From positions 39,801 through 103,800 of the forward strand of contig JAUXUT010000149.1 in assembly GCA_030680695.1 (NCBI GenBank): a DNA stretch of 64,000 nucleotides, given 5' to 3'. The notes under the pieces were generated by a model. It was not told the origin of the DNA, made no database searches, and saw only the letters and a list, made by a program, of their open reading frames with translations. This document shows, in pieces, positions 37,427 to 47,350 of the stretch (the first letter of the stretch is position 1; every line of letters begins with the position of its first letter). Source of the DNA: a bacterium (GTDB lineage Bacteria > Patescibacteriota > Minisyncoccia > Phycocordibacterales > UBA6065). A program made the translations under genes and the position numbers.

Positions 37427-37667
37427 ATCGGTAAAGCTCGTTAACCAGAACTGGTTAACTTTGTTAACACACAAAAGAAAGAGAAAGATAGAGAAACTTA
37501 GTATTAGGCGGAGGGTGTGGATAAAGTGGTTTAGTAAGTAGACTAGTCTAAAATTCAGACCACTCTTGGTCTATTAAGTAGACCGCAAGTGGTCTACAAG
37601 GTAGACATACAAAATCTAGGAAACAAAGGGAAACCTAGTATTAGGGTTCAGGTGTGGATAAAGGGTC
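37427..37667. repeat. Cluster of inverted and direct repeats 5' of the serine recombinase gene (candidate att/regulatory region)
   Basis: Palindromes aaccgatatcggt and gttaaccag-aa-ctggttaac; inverted repeat gtagacc...ggtctac; ~30-bp direct repeats tagtattagg...gtgtggataaag at 37498 and 37635. Confidence 0.5.
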
Positions 37668-37976
37668 AAAAGCGACGATCTCTTTCCTCAACTTTTCAAA
37701 GTCCCTGAACACACGGTTGTATATTCTAATCACTTTTCTTTTGTGCTTCTTGGTATCAGAACTCTCAAGAAAATCGACGAGGTCATCGTCGATGAAGGAA
37801 GCTAAAGAAATGTACGAACCTACCAGTAGCCTGATCCGCTCCTTGATCGCCATTTTCAGATGCTGTTTGGATTCAGGCAACTTCGAGATACGGTTAAAGT
37901 GAGTAGGGCCTGTCGGCTCATGATATTTGAAATGCTTGCTCGTATTTATTATTGCTTCGATGTCATCATCTTTCAC
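37641..37976 (-). CDS. Hypothetical protein
   Basis: ORF only. Confidence 0.3.
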   Translation of the reverse strand: MKDDDIEAIINTSKHFKYHEPTGPTHFNRISKLPESKQHLKMAIKERIRLLVGSYISLASFIDDDLVDFLESSDTKKHKRKVIRIYNRVFRDFEKLRKEIVAFDPLSTPEP

Positions 37977-38192
37977 ATCCTAATGGATGACGCTGACGCT
38001 ATTAATTGTCTAGGTTGTATTAGATATAAAAAAGGAACCCTCAAGCTTGTGGCCTGAGGGTTCACGGAGAGGTAGGGTTCTTATTCTCTTAGACTTGTCT
38101 TTTGTGGATCAGCCGAAGCGGATCAACTACTAACAAATCGGAATTATCCCTTTATGAAAAGCGGATGCTTTTCAACCTTGTCCGTTGTGTGA

Positions 38193-38414
38193 CTACTTGA
38201 TCGAGTCGAGTTCGGCCATCGTTTTATCGAAGGCGTCCTTGATCATGATCTTCGCGAATTCAGCCAGTTCGGGAGCGGGAATGCCGAGGTTCTTGGCCTC
38301 GTTGGCGATCTCGCGCTTGATCTCTTTCGAGTTCAGGCGGATGCCATCTTGACCCATCTTCCTCTGCAATGCGAGCATTGCGATCTGACCGATTCTTTCT
38401 GTGCTGAGTGACAT
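38193..38414 (-). CDS. Small hypothetical protein
   Basis: ORF only. Confidence 0.3.
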   Translation of the reverse strand: MSLSTERIGQIAMLALQRKMGQDGIRLNSKEIKREIANEAKNLGIPAPELAEFAKIMIKDAFDKTMAELDSIK

Positions 38415-38720
38415 AATGTATGTCTCCTTTCAATGAACTAACATGCCTTTGCGTAAGGCAACCGGTTGATTACTAGGATTTCATCAACAGGTACAGTATA
38501 TCACCTCTTATCACTCTTGTCAAGAGCTAAAATTCGTGTTGTTGGTTACCGACTACACAAAAAATTGAATGTAAGCTAGGGTACAAAATGCCCCTCAAAA
38601 GGCTTCAAAAAGGTCGAAGAAACTGCTAAAATAGCAATAATTATGTAAATACCTCCTACTGGATTTTATTACCACTACAAACACGATCCGAATGGTCCAT
38701 TCAACGACTATTCTTATGAG

Positions 38721-38948
38721 GTGATTGGCACTGCTCGTCACACAGAGGAAAAGACGTTCACTGTGCTGTATCGACCTCTATACGAAAATGATTGGTTCAA
38801 ACCTGCTACCTACCAAGCAAGGCCGCTAGAAATGTTCAACGAAAGTGTCACGAAAGATGGCAAGGCGATTCCTCGTTTTCAGCAGATAACCGATCCAGAG
38901 TTAATTGCAAAACTCGAAAAGATGCGAGATCAAATTTATGGAAAATAA
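38721..38948 (+). CDS. DUF1653-family small protein; conserved N-terminus extends upstream without an ATG
   Basis: In-frame upstream read-through gives PPTGFYYHYKHDPNGPFNDYSYEVIGTARHTEEKTFTVLYRPLY...RPLEMF, the DUF1653 pattern; the open frame begins at 38649 (ATA) after a TAA. Confidence 0.5.
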   Translation: MIGTARHTEEKTFTVLYRPLYENDWFKPATYQARPLEMFNESVTKDGKAIPRFQQITDPELIAKLEKMRDQIYGK

Positions 38949-39489
38949 TAAAGAGCAAAATATAAAAATACTAAAAGCAATTCCAGAAGACGCTCTGGGT
39001 ATTACGACTGTTCTATATAAAACCTGGCTCGATACATATCCAAACGAAGAAATTGGCATCACCAAGGAAGATGTTGAGGAAAGTTATAAAGACCACTTCA
39101 TGGAGGAGCGAGTGAAAAAGCAACAGGAGAATATTGCAAATGCTCCAGCGAATCAACTGCGACTTGTTGCAAAATCTGGTGATCAGATTGTTGGAGTCTC
39201 AACGATGATTCGTAATGAAAATAATAATCAGCTAAGGACAATTTATGTTCTCCCTGAATTTCAAGGAAGGGGCATCGGTCAAATGTTGTGGAAAGAAGCG
39301 CAAAAGTTTTGTGATTCGACAAAAGATACTATTGTTCAAGTTGCTACCTACAACAAAAATGCCATATCTTTTTACGAAAAATTAGGTTTTACAGATACTG
39401 GTAAAAGATGGTCCGATGATAAATGGAAGATGAAGAGTGGTGCAACTATTCCAGAAATGGAGCTAATCATAAAAGTAAATAATTTATAA
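38938..39489 (+). CDS. GNAT-family N-acetyltransferase
   Basis: LRTIYVLPEFQGRGIGQMLW acetyl-CoA-binding motif A. Confidence 0.7.
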   Translation: MENNKEQNIKILKAIPEDALGITTVLYKTWLDTYPNEEIGITKEDVEESYKDHFMEERVKKQQENIANAPANQLRLVAKSGDQIVGVSTMIRNENNNQLRTIYVLPEFQGRGIGQMLWKEAQKFCDSTKDTIVQVATYNKNAISFYEKLGFTDTGKRWSDDKWKMKSGATIPEMELIIKVNNL

Positions 39490-39493
39490 ACGT

Positions 39494-40846
39494 ATGCCCT
39501 TAATGACTTATGACGAATATCAAAAGAATCGACACAAAACTCCCTATCTTCTTACGATAAGAGCGGGTTCAAATTTTCTCTATTATTTTGGAGAACGCCA
39601 CTCATTTAATCCAGAAGACACCCAATGGGTTGAAGAAAAAGAATTTTGGGACAAGTTTTTGTCTGACACAGAAAATCAGAAAAGAATCGTCTTTGTTGAA
39701 GGCGGTAAGCGACCAGATGAAGTAGACGAAAAACAATCGATTCTCAAACATGGTGGAATGGGTCTCACGACATATTTCGCACATCAAGCAGGCATAGAGA
39801 CATATTCACCTGAACCAGATGAAAAATGGGAACGCTCTGAACTGGAAAAAGAATTTACGAGAGAACAAATCCAGTGCTATTACTTCTCTCGTGTCGTTCA
39901 TCAATGGGGTCGCAAGCAAAATCCAAAACCAGTATTTGAAGAATATATAACACACTTTCTAGAGGGTGATAAAAAAGAAAGTGGGTGGAGTGATTTTGAT
40001 TTCTCACTTGAATCAATGAAGAAGATTTATGTCGATATTTTTCATACTGCTTTTAATGAGAATAATACTGATTTTTTCTATAGTGTAGTTAATCCTGTCG
40101 AGCTGAAGACGATTGTTAACAAAGTATCTCGCGCCTCAAGCGAAATACGCGATAAATATATCGTTGGAAAAATAGAGGAATATATCAAACAAGAATACTC
40201 AATCTTCGCTCAATACGGATGCAGCCACGTTGTAATGCAGGAACCTCTATTAAAGGAAATTTTTTCAGAGTCTCAAAAAGATTGGTCAGACTACTACAAG
40301 GCAACCAAAGCAAAACCTCCACGCCCCTTGTTGGTGAAGGCGTTTGAATATGTTGCCGAGAAAAATAAGGCAATCGATATTGGCGGTGGTGCACTCAACG
40401 ATACGAAGTATCTTCTTAAACAAGGCTTTGATGTTACCGTGATCGATAAAAGCCCTCTCATGGAACAAGAGGCTAAGAATATTCCGAGTGACAGGCTGCA
40501 TGCTTTCACTGTCGGGTTTGAAGATTTCGATTTTTTAGAGAATGAATATGATCTCGCGTCCGCAATGTATGCTTTGCCATTTATTGATCCCGCTCATTTC
40601 GATTCCATCTTTACCAAAATAAAAAGTTCTCTCAAGACAGGTGGCATATTCTGCGGTCAGTTTTTTGGAGAGCGTGATGAGTGGTCAACGAATCCAAAAA
40701 TGACTTTTCACACAAAAGAGCAAGCGGAAAATCTACTCAGCGATTTAGAGATCATTTCTTTCAAGGAAGAAGAAAAGGAAGATAAAACAGCCAAGGGCGA
40801 TATGAAGCATTGGCATATCTTTCACATAATCGCTCGGAAAAAATAA
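39494..40846 (+). CDS. Fusion protein: unknown N-domain plus C-terminal class I SAM methyltransferase (TehB-like)
   Basis: AIDIGGGALNDTKYLLKQGFDVTVIDKSP motif I; about 270-aa N-domain of unknown function. Confidence 0.55.
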   Translation: MPLMTYDEYQKNRHKTPYLLTIRAGSNFLYYFGERHSFNPEDTQWVEEKEFWDKFLSDTENQKRIVFVEGGKRPDEVDEKQSILKHGGMGLTTYFAHQAGIETYSPEPDEKWERSELEKEFTREQIQCYYFSRVVHQWGRKQNPKPVFEEYITHFLEGDKKESGWSDFDFSLESMKKIYVDIFHTAFNENNTDFFYSVVNPVELKTIVNKVSRASSEIRDKYIVGKIEEYIKQEYSIFAQYGCSHVVMQEPLLKEIFSESQKDWSDYYKATKAKPPRPLLVKAFEYVAEKNKAIDIGGGALNDTKYLLKQGFDVTVIDKSPLMEQEAKNIPSDRLHAFTVGFEDFDFLENEYDLASAMYALPFIDPAHFDSIFTKIKSSLKTGGIFCGQFFGERDEWSTNPKMTFHTKEQAENLLSDLEIISFKEEEKEDKTAKGDMKHWHIFHIIARKK

Positions 40847-40848
40847 TA

Positions 40849-41835
40849 TGGAAGCCATTTTACAAAAAATAACAGATCAATACGGACTTCGACTACAGCA
40901 TCTACAAAAAGTAGACCAAGGTTTTTTGACTGATAATCATATCCATCACGGATGGAGCGACCAAGTATTTTTTAAAGAAGTACAGGTTTAAAAATGTAGA
41001 GAAAATTAAGGAAATCCATTCCGTTAAGAAATATTTCTCAGACGGAGGGATTTCTGTCATCATGCCGATTAACACGAAAGACGGGAATAGCTTCTTCGAA
41101 CTAGAGGAAAGCTTTTATGCTCTATTTCCTTTTATCGATGATCGGCAAATGCAAGGCGAACAAATTACAAACAAAGCGGTTATCTCCTTGGCTGAAACCT
41201 TGGCAAGAATGCACCTCTTGGGTCGGGATGCCAAAATACCAGTAAGTGATTCTTTCAAGATGTGGGACAGGCAAAAGAGACTATCTGCCATTGAACAGAT
41301 TTTGGAGAAGATAAGCCAAATAAAAAATAAATCCGATTTTGATATTCGAGCCGAAAAGAACATTCTTTTCAAGAAAAATATTATTGAGTCGAAAAAAGAG
41401 GAGTATGAAAACTTGAAATTCAATAATGATCACTTGATACATGGTGATTATATGATCCAAAATGTGTTCTTTGATGGAAACGATAATGTTTCCTACGTTT
41501 TTGATTTTGAGAAAACGCAATACGCACCGCGATTTTTCGAACTATTCCGAGCAATGATTTATAGTTCATTTTTCGATAAGGAAATTACTGAAGCAATGGT
41601 GGCGCGCACAAAGCTCTTTTTGGATTCGTATCTCGAAATATATCCCGCAACTAAAGAAGATCTCGTAGAGAATTTTGAGATGTATTATTTGAGATCAGCC
41701 CATTCCGTATGGGTAGAAGAAGAGCACTATTTGAGGAATAATGACAGAGTTGATGAGCTCCTGAAAAGTGACATCGTACGAGTTAATTATCTGACGAATA
41801 ATTTAGAAAGCCTGAAGCTATTTTTGTTTAAATAA
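40849..41835 (+). pseudogene. APH/choline-kinase-family phosphotransferase, frameshifted paralog of gene 6380-7363
   Basis: N-terminal fragment MEAILQKITDQYGL...FFKEVQV stops at about 40990; the frame resumes (...SDGGISVIMPINTKDGNSFFELEESFYALFPFID) and aligns to the chromosomal YFLKQ...LFPFIEG paralog; C-part has HGDYMIQNVFFDGN and VFDFEKTQY. Confidence 0.5.
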
Positions 41836-41836
41836 T

Positions 41837-42178
41837 ATGAAAACCTGGACTCTGCGATTTCGAGTGATAGATAAAAAGAACTTTGATGAGGTTAAGAACG
41901 GATCAAAGCCTATTGAAACTCGTGCCGCAACTGTGAAGTATCAACCAATTGAAGTTGGCGACACACTTCTCTTTGTTTGCGGAAAGGAACGTCTAGAGAA
42001 AAAGATTACCAAGAAGCATCACTTTGGAAGTATTGATGCAATGATTAAGAAGATTCCTTACAAGGAAATTATGCCTTCTGTGGAATCTGTCGAGGAAATG
42101 AAGAAGGCTTATTCCTCATATTCTGGATACGATGAAAAGATAAAGGAGTTTGGCATTTTCGCCTTTGAACTTGAATAA
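41837..42178 (+). CDS. ASCH-domain protein
   Basis: Small PUA-like ASCH pattern (FDEVKNGSKPIETRAAT....IEVGDTLLF). Confidence 0.5.
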   Translation: MKTWTLRFRVIDKKNFDEVKNGSKPIETRAATVKYQPIEVGDTLLFVCGKERLEKKITKKHHFGSIDAMIKKIPYKEIMPSVESVEEMKKAYSSYSGYDEKIKEFGIFAFELE

Positions 42179-42182
42179 ACAT

Positions 42183-42842
42183 ATGAATGTTATTGAATCT
42201 GTAAAAAAGCTAAATTTTCCTTCAGATGAATATATTGTCGTCGGCACCGGCATCATGGCCGTACTCGGTTTGAAAGAGTCTCATGATATCGATATTGTCG
42301 TGTCACCTAGACTGTTTGAGCTGTCAAAATCTAATGGCTGGCTAGAAACGCCATATACCTATCCAGATAAAATCGGTCAGATCTATCTGAAAAAAGATGA
42401 TATGGAACTTTACCTCGATGTGAATTGTGGGCAGTTCAATCCAACGCTCAATGAACTTCTTTCAAGAAAGGAAGTATTCGACGATATAAACTTTATAAGT
42501 TTCGGTGACTTGTTGCGATTCAAAAAGGAATATAATCGACCAAAAGATGCCAAGGATATAGCTCTTATAGAAAAGCATCTTGCGGAACAGCTTAAGAAAG
42601 AAGGTTTTGCCAGTGTCTATGAATGGACAGATGTGCCTAACACAAAATATTCCGAACATGCTCACAAAGGTAAAGTCTCATTCTTCGTGATTCGCGGATC
42701 TGTGACATTTTCGGGAAATATAACCAAAACAGTAAGCACGGGAGAACGATTTGATGTTCCCGTCGGAGCAAATCACTTTGCTGTCGTTGGCCCTGAAGGT
42801 TGTGATTGGGTTGTTGGAGAAGAAGTTGAGGGAGATTCTTAG
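42183..42842 (+). CDS. Two-domain hypothetical protein: nucleotidyltransferase-like N-part plus cupin C-part
   Basis: C-terminal HAHKGKVSFFVIRGSVTF...GANHFAVVG cupin motifs; N-part has HDIDIV. Confidence 0.4.
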   Translation: MNVIESVKKLNFPSDEYIVVGTGIMAVLGLKESHDIDIVVSPRLFELSKSNGWLETPYTYPDKIGQIYLKKDDMELYLDVNCGQFNPTLNELLSRKEVFDDINFISFGDLLRFKKEYNRPKDAKDIALIEKHLAEQLKKEGFASVYEWTDVPNTKYSEHAHKGKVSFFVIRGSVTFSGNITKTVSTGERFDVPVGANHFAVVGPEGCDWVVGEEVEGDS

Positions 42843-42843
42843 C

Positions 42844-44940
42844 TCATATCCCAATATACGGAAACTGCGGTAAGTCATCCTCCCCAAAATCCTCCTGTTG
42901 CGTTGGCCTCTGAATAATTCTCTTGTCTTTGGCAATCGTCAGAGCAAGTGCGTCAGGAATGGATGAATCAATACCTTCTTCCATCAATGTCTCTCGGTCA
43001 GTCATCTTTCTCTTGCTGTTGGTATCGGTGTAAACCATGTAAAGCAAATCATCGAATAAATATCGCCCCACAAGCTTTCCGATTCGGAGCCATCCTGCCA
43101 ATTTTGAGTATGCTCTAGCCCAGTTGTCGGCAAACAAATTGTTCTCGAATTGAGGTTGCTCGTTCATCGTAATTCCATATCGCTGGCGGTTTCCATATTT
43201 GTTTACGTTGAAATGCCCGACCGCAAGCTGTCTCAACAAGTTACATAATTCCTGCCCTCGATCTACATTATCAATAAATATGTTCTCATCCGATATCGGC
43301 ACGTCATGTATCTTTGCGAGTTCGATAACTTTTAAAGCCATTGTTGTCGCATCTTGAATCGGCTCATGATACAAAACCTCGGCTGCATTCTCGCCTCTAA
43401 GCACGATAGTTGAGTGAGTCCTGTTCTTGTCAGCCAATACCACTCCCAATCTTTTGTCTCCAAAACACGAAACCCTTTCCTGATAGCTATCGTTCAATAG
43501 TCTTTCGTCAAAAAGTGCATGATAGCCTTTAGGTATATTCGATTCCTGATCCACGACACTTGATACGAGAATACAGAACGCATCCGAAAGGTCGTCGTGC
43601 TTTTCCGTACCGAATCCCACGAGTTGTTCAATCAGCTTCTCTGCACCATATCGGGGGAAGAGTACCGTGCCAGACTGAATATGGTGTGAGACGAGAGAAA
43701 GTCTTGCACGCTTGTCTGACCCTTGCGTTCTATACTCCTTCGCAGGAAAGTTCTCGGATTTCAGATGGTCGATGATTGATTTTTGGTATCCTACGTTCTC
43801 GATCCAAACATGGGCATTTCCGAGAGTTTTTGAAAGTGACTTAATCTTCTCGATCGTCTTCGGAAAATCCATTCTCTCGTTCACAAGATTAGGTAGAATA
43901 TAAATCTTCAACGCTTTCTTCCTGCCGTATATCTTTCCCGAAACCATCGCTGTGTAGTCCGCATTGTCCTTCTCGCTGATTGCAGGATCGATACCAGTCG
44001 CTGTAAATCTGCACGCATCACTTGGCAGAGAATCGTAATAGCGAATCCATTCAGGTCTGATCACCTGATCGTCATCGGCAATGATCTGAAGCATGTACTC
44101 TCGTTGCCATGCTTGGAGGCTTGGTACGGATTTTCGTAATGTCTCAACTTCGGCGTCCGTTCTATACTTGTCTTTCCATAATGGCTGATTGTTCTCGTCG
44201 AGGAAGGGGTACGCCTTTGCAATGCCGTCCATGCGACCTTCTAGAATAGCCTTCTTCAATCGCATGATAATCGAGTCATTGTGGAGCTTCGTACCAATAA
44301 CAATAAGTCTCGTGTCCTTGTCTCCCAATGGAATAATATCTCCCATGAGCCAGTTGAACATTTTGTCTCGGCTTTCCTGCGTTTTCACGATATCCAAATC
44401 TTCCAAGTCATCTGCGATGATAAGATCGGGTCTGTGAGCACCGTGCTTGATTCCACGAATCGAGTTGTCGATAGAGGCTACCGTTACTCTTGCTCCGTAC
44501 TTAGGAAGTACGATCGACACTGCACGCCATTCATCATTAGGTTCCTCGAATGGTCCGAGGTCTAATCTTAGAAGTCTGTTATGTTCAAGTTCCAGTTTAA
44601 TGTTCGCCAAGTACTGCCTTGCTTGGCTTTCGGTCTTTGCAATAATCAAAACAAATTTCCTTTGCTGCATTCCAAGAATAGACCAGATGGCGTAGGAAGT
44701 ACCCATGATAGTGGTCTTGCCCGATCCTCGAAAGGCTTCGATGACCATAGTCTTGTGAGTTGCCTCTGTCAGCTCAAATAATTCCTTATGAAATTGCGCT
44801 GTTTTGTATTTAACATAATGCGAGAAGTAGATATGGAAGAACCAGTAATGACATGCTCTGGTCGTCGCACGTCTTACTCGCTGATTCTTCACGATCTCAT
44901 CAATCTTCTCAGCCGATACTTCGGAGTCGTGGTTATGCAT
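42844..44940 (-). CDS. Terminase large subunit-like ATPase/nuclease
   Basis: Walker A FRGSGKTT, Walker B-like LIIADDLEDLD, C-terminal RNaseH-like TGIDPA...DYTAM; follows a terS-like gene. Confidence 0.6.
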   Translation of the reverse strand: MHNHDSEVSAEKIDEIVKNQRVRRATTRACHYWFFHIYFSHYVKYKTAQFHKELFELTEATHKTMVIEAFRGSGKTTIMGTSYAIWSILGMQQRKFVLIIAKTESQARQYLANIKLELEHNRLLRLDLGPFEEPNDEWRAVSIVLPKYGARVTVASIDNSIRGIKHGAHRPDLIIADDLEDLDIVKTQESRDKMFNWLMGDIIPLGDKDTRLIVIGTKLHNDSIIMRLKKAILEGRMDGIAKAYPFLDENNQPLWKDKYRTDAEVETLRKSVPSLQAWQREYMLQIIADDDQVIRPEWIRYYDSLPSDACRFTATGIDPAISEKDNADYTAMVSGKIYGRKKALKIYILPNLVNERMDFPKTIEKIKSLSKTLGNAHVWIENVGYQKSIIDHLKSENFPAKEYRTQGSDKRARLSLVSHHIQSGTVLFPRYGAEKLIEQLVGFGTEKHDDLSDAFCILVSSVVDQESNIPKGYHALFDERLLNDSYQERVSCFGDKRLGVVLADKNRTHSTIVLRGENAAEVLYHEPIQDATTMALKVIELAKIHDVPISDENIFIDNVDRGQELCNLLRQLAVGHFNVNKYGNRQRYGITMNEQPQFENNLFADNWARAYSKLAGWLRIGKLVGRYLFDDLLYMVYTDTNSKRKMTDRETLMEEGIDSSIPDALALTIAKDKRIIQRPTQQEDFGEDDLPQFPYIGI

Positions 44941-45370
44941 GTTCTGTGACGGTTAGACCGAGAGCTTCACGAACCATCTTTTCTTCCTGTGGTGTGAGTG
45001 CTTCTTCCTCTGCGGTCTTGGTGGTAAGTTCGACCTTGTTTCGATACTTAGGGTGATGCTGACGAAGCCAGAGTTGGATAGCTGGGAAGTTTTTCTCTTT
45101 AATCAGAGTGATCAATTGTGATTCGCTCAAATCATTGATCATCTCCTCGCCATCCTGCATTGCCTCGTCAGTCGCTTTCTTGAATTTCTCATCGTCTCGT
45201 CGCCATCGGTAGTATGTGCTTCGCCCGATGTTCGATCGCTCGCAGGCGATCTGCACGATCGGTATCTTTCTTAGTTGTTCCAAGACAACTTTCTGCTCTA
45301 CCTTGTTCCTTTTTAGAGTTGATTCTCTTTTCATAGTTTTATTGCTTTTAAATTTGTTAATTTTCCCCAT
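44933..45370 (-). CDS. Terminase small subunit-like HTH protein
   Basis: HTH (RSNIGRSTYYRWRRD); 8-bp overlap with the terL-like gene. Confidence 0.45.
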   Translation of the reverse strand: MGKINKFKSNKTMKRESTLKRNKVEQKVVLEQLRKIPIVQIACERSNIGRSTYYRWRRDDEKFKKATDEAMQDGEEMINDLSESQLITLIKEKNFPAIQLWLRQHHPKYRNKVELTTKTAEEEALTPQEEKMVREALGLTVTEHA

Positions 45371-46089
45371 CTAGTAATTGCTGTCTGCACATACTCTGGA
45401 TCAAGCTCAATAGCGATGCATACTCGCTTGGTCTGCTCGCATGCCAAGAGGCATGTCCCAGAGCCAAGGAAGGCATCGTAAACAACATCGCCAATGCGAG
45501 TGCTGTTCAGAATCAAATGCCGTATCAATGGCACAGGCTTGGTCGTCGGGTGGAACGGGCTTTTGTTAGGCTTTGGATGAACGATGACGCTCTTATCCTT
45601 CGATTTCAGGAACTCGTGCGTGCCGTACCAACCGTATGCGATAAGTTCGTGCATCGGTGCGTAATCCATTCTTCCGACGACTGCTTGGGTTTTCACCCAC
45701 ACGATGAGTTGAGCAAACTTGCATCCAATACTTTTCATTCCATCTCGCAAAGCAAATATCATCTTGTCCGAGTTGAAGATGTAGAGGGCGTTCTTCTTTT
45801 CGAGGAATGGTGTGACTGCTCCGAGCCAGTCCTCGGTGAATTTTTTGTATTCTTCGTCAGATTGTAGATGATCGTTCTCGATCTTCTTGTCTTTCAACAG
45901 TGCTTTGAAATTCTGCTTGCTTTCGGCAACGGCGACACCGTACGGAGGATCGGAAATAATGGCTTTGATTTTGTGTTTGCCTACAACTTTTGCAACAAAC
46001 TCCTTGTCTCTCGAATCGCCACAAGCAATCACATGTTCGCCTAACTGAAAAATGTCCCCAATCTTAATTGAGTTTAGTGACTTTTTCAT
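45331..46089 (-). CDS. DNA methyltransferase (N6-adenine/N4-cytosine, DPPY class)
   Basis: IISDPPYG motif IV, FLGSGT SAM motif; start set at MKKSLNS. Confidence 0.75.
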   Translation of the reverse strand: MKKSLNSIKIGDIFQLGEHVIACGDSRDKEFVAKVVGKHKIKAIISDPPYGVAVAESKQNFKALLKDKKIENDHLQSDEEYKKFTEDWLGAVTPFLEKKNALYIFNSDKMIFALRDGMKSIGCKFAQLIVWVKTQAVVGRMDYAPMHELIAYGWYGTHEFLKSKDKSVIVHPKPNKSPFHPTTKPVPLIRHLILNSTRIGDVVYDAFLGSGTCLLACEQTKRVCIAIELDPEYVQTAITRWGKLTNLKAIKL

Positions 46090-47350
46090 GTGGTGTGATT
46101 TGCTTAAAGCGGTTGATAATGAGCTGGCAGAATATCGGCTCCATCTCACAGAGATAAGCTGTGCGTTTCAGTTGTTCGCATGCAGACAGGATGCTTCCTG
46201 ATCCGCCTGTAACGTCGAGAACAATATCGCCAGGTCTTGAACACCTACGCAATGCCTTTTCGTGAAGTGTTGGTGGTTTCTGGGTAGGATGTGCGTACTC
46301 TTGAGAAGGTAGTCGCTTCACAAGCCAGATGTTAAGCATGTCCGAGATATCCTCAACTAATCTGTTGCCAGTCGTGGTTTCCTTGTTCAGGACTTCATTG
46401 AGATTCTTAACTTTGTCAGAGAGATATGGCTTGCCACGAGTTCCGTATACGCAGTATTCAGTGACTTTGTTGAAAGCAACTTGCGGTGTTGGGGAAGCGT
46501 TGTCTTTGACCCAGAGACACAGTCGTTTGGAATCAGTGCCGAGTTCTCTGTACAGTTCCTGAAAAAGCCAGACATATCGCTCGTCGCACCAGAAGAAAAC
46601 GTGAGCGTCTGGTTTGGTCACGCTCAATGCATTTTGGATAAGTGCCTTTGCGAATGTTTTGTATTCATCATCAGTCTTGCTGTCGTTTGTAGTTCCGCCA
46701 TACTTCGCCTTGTTGCCGACTCCTTTGTCGTATGAGAGTCCAATGTTATATGGTGGATCTGTATTAATCATGTCTGCAAGATTTCCGTCCATGAGGAACT
46801 TGATCATGCTCTGATCTGTCGAATTGCCGCAGAGCAATCGATGACGACCGAGCGCGAAGTAGTCGCCGAATTTAATATCAGTTTCCTTTATCTTCTCCAG
46901 TTCTTTTTCCTCGTCGAAGTTGTCATCTGTCACTTCGAGATTGTCATCGAATATATTTGTCAGATCGCCTGAATCAAATCCTGCCGTAAGCAAAGTGTCG
47001 ATATCGAAGTCGCTTGCGAGGATTTCCCAATCCCAAGAACCGCCAGAGCGATTGCTTGTAAGTAAGTACTGCTTGAACTCCATGACTGATAATTTTCTAT
47101 TGGGAATACGGACTTCGATTTCTTCCTCTCCTCGACCCATGAGTTGTAGTGCCTTAATGCGCTGATGACCTGCGACTATCTTTCCGTCTGTATTTATTGC
47201 AGGCAGCTCTGCAAGATTGAACTTCTTGAGGGATTCCTTTAAATCCTCCATCTGCTTGTCAGTGATCTTCCTCGGATTCTTCTCGTATGGAAGCAGATCA
47301 TTGACTCTGCGTTTTTCGGTGCGCCACACCAGTGGTTCTAATTTGGACAT
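46064..47350 (-). CDS. ParB-like nuclease domain fused to a DNA methyltransferase
   Basis: N-terminal ParB/Srx-like (LLPYEKNPRKI...GHQRIKA), INTDPPYN motif IV, VTGGSGS SAM motif. Confidence 0.75.
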   Translation of the reverse strand: MSKLEPLVWRTEKRRVNDLLPYEKNPRKITDKQMEDLKESLKKFNLAELPAINTDGKIVAGHQRIKALQLMGRGEEEIEVRIPNRKLSVMEFKQYLLTSNRSGGSWDWEILASDFDIDTLLTAGFDSGDLTNIFDDNLEVTDDNFDEEKELEKIKETDIKFGDYFALGRHRLLCGNSTDQSMIKFLMDGNLADMINTDPPYNIGLSYDKGVGNKAKYGGTTNDSKTDDEYKTFAKALIQNALSVTKPDAHVFFWCDERYVWLFQELYRELGTDSKRLCLWVKDNASPTPQVAFNKVTEYCVYGTRGKPYLSDKVKNLNEVLNKETTTGNRLVEDISDMLNIWLVKRLPSQEYAHPTQKPPTLHEKALRRCSRPGDIVLDVTGGSGSILSACEQLKRTAYLCEMEPIFCQLIINRFKQITPHEKVTKLN

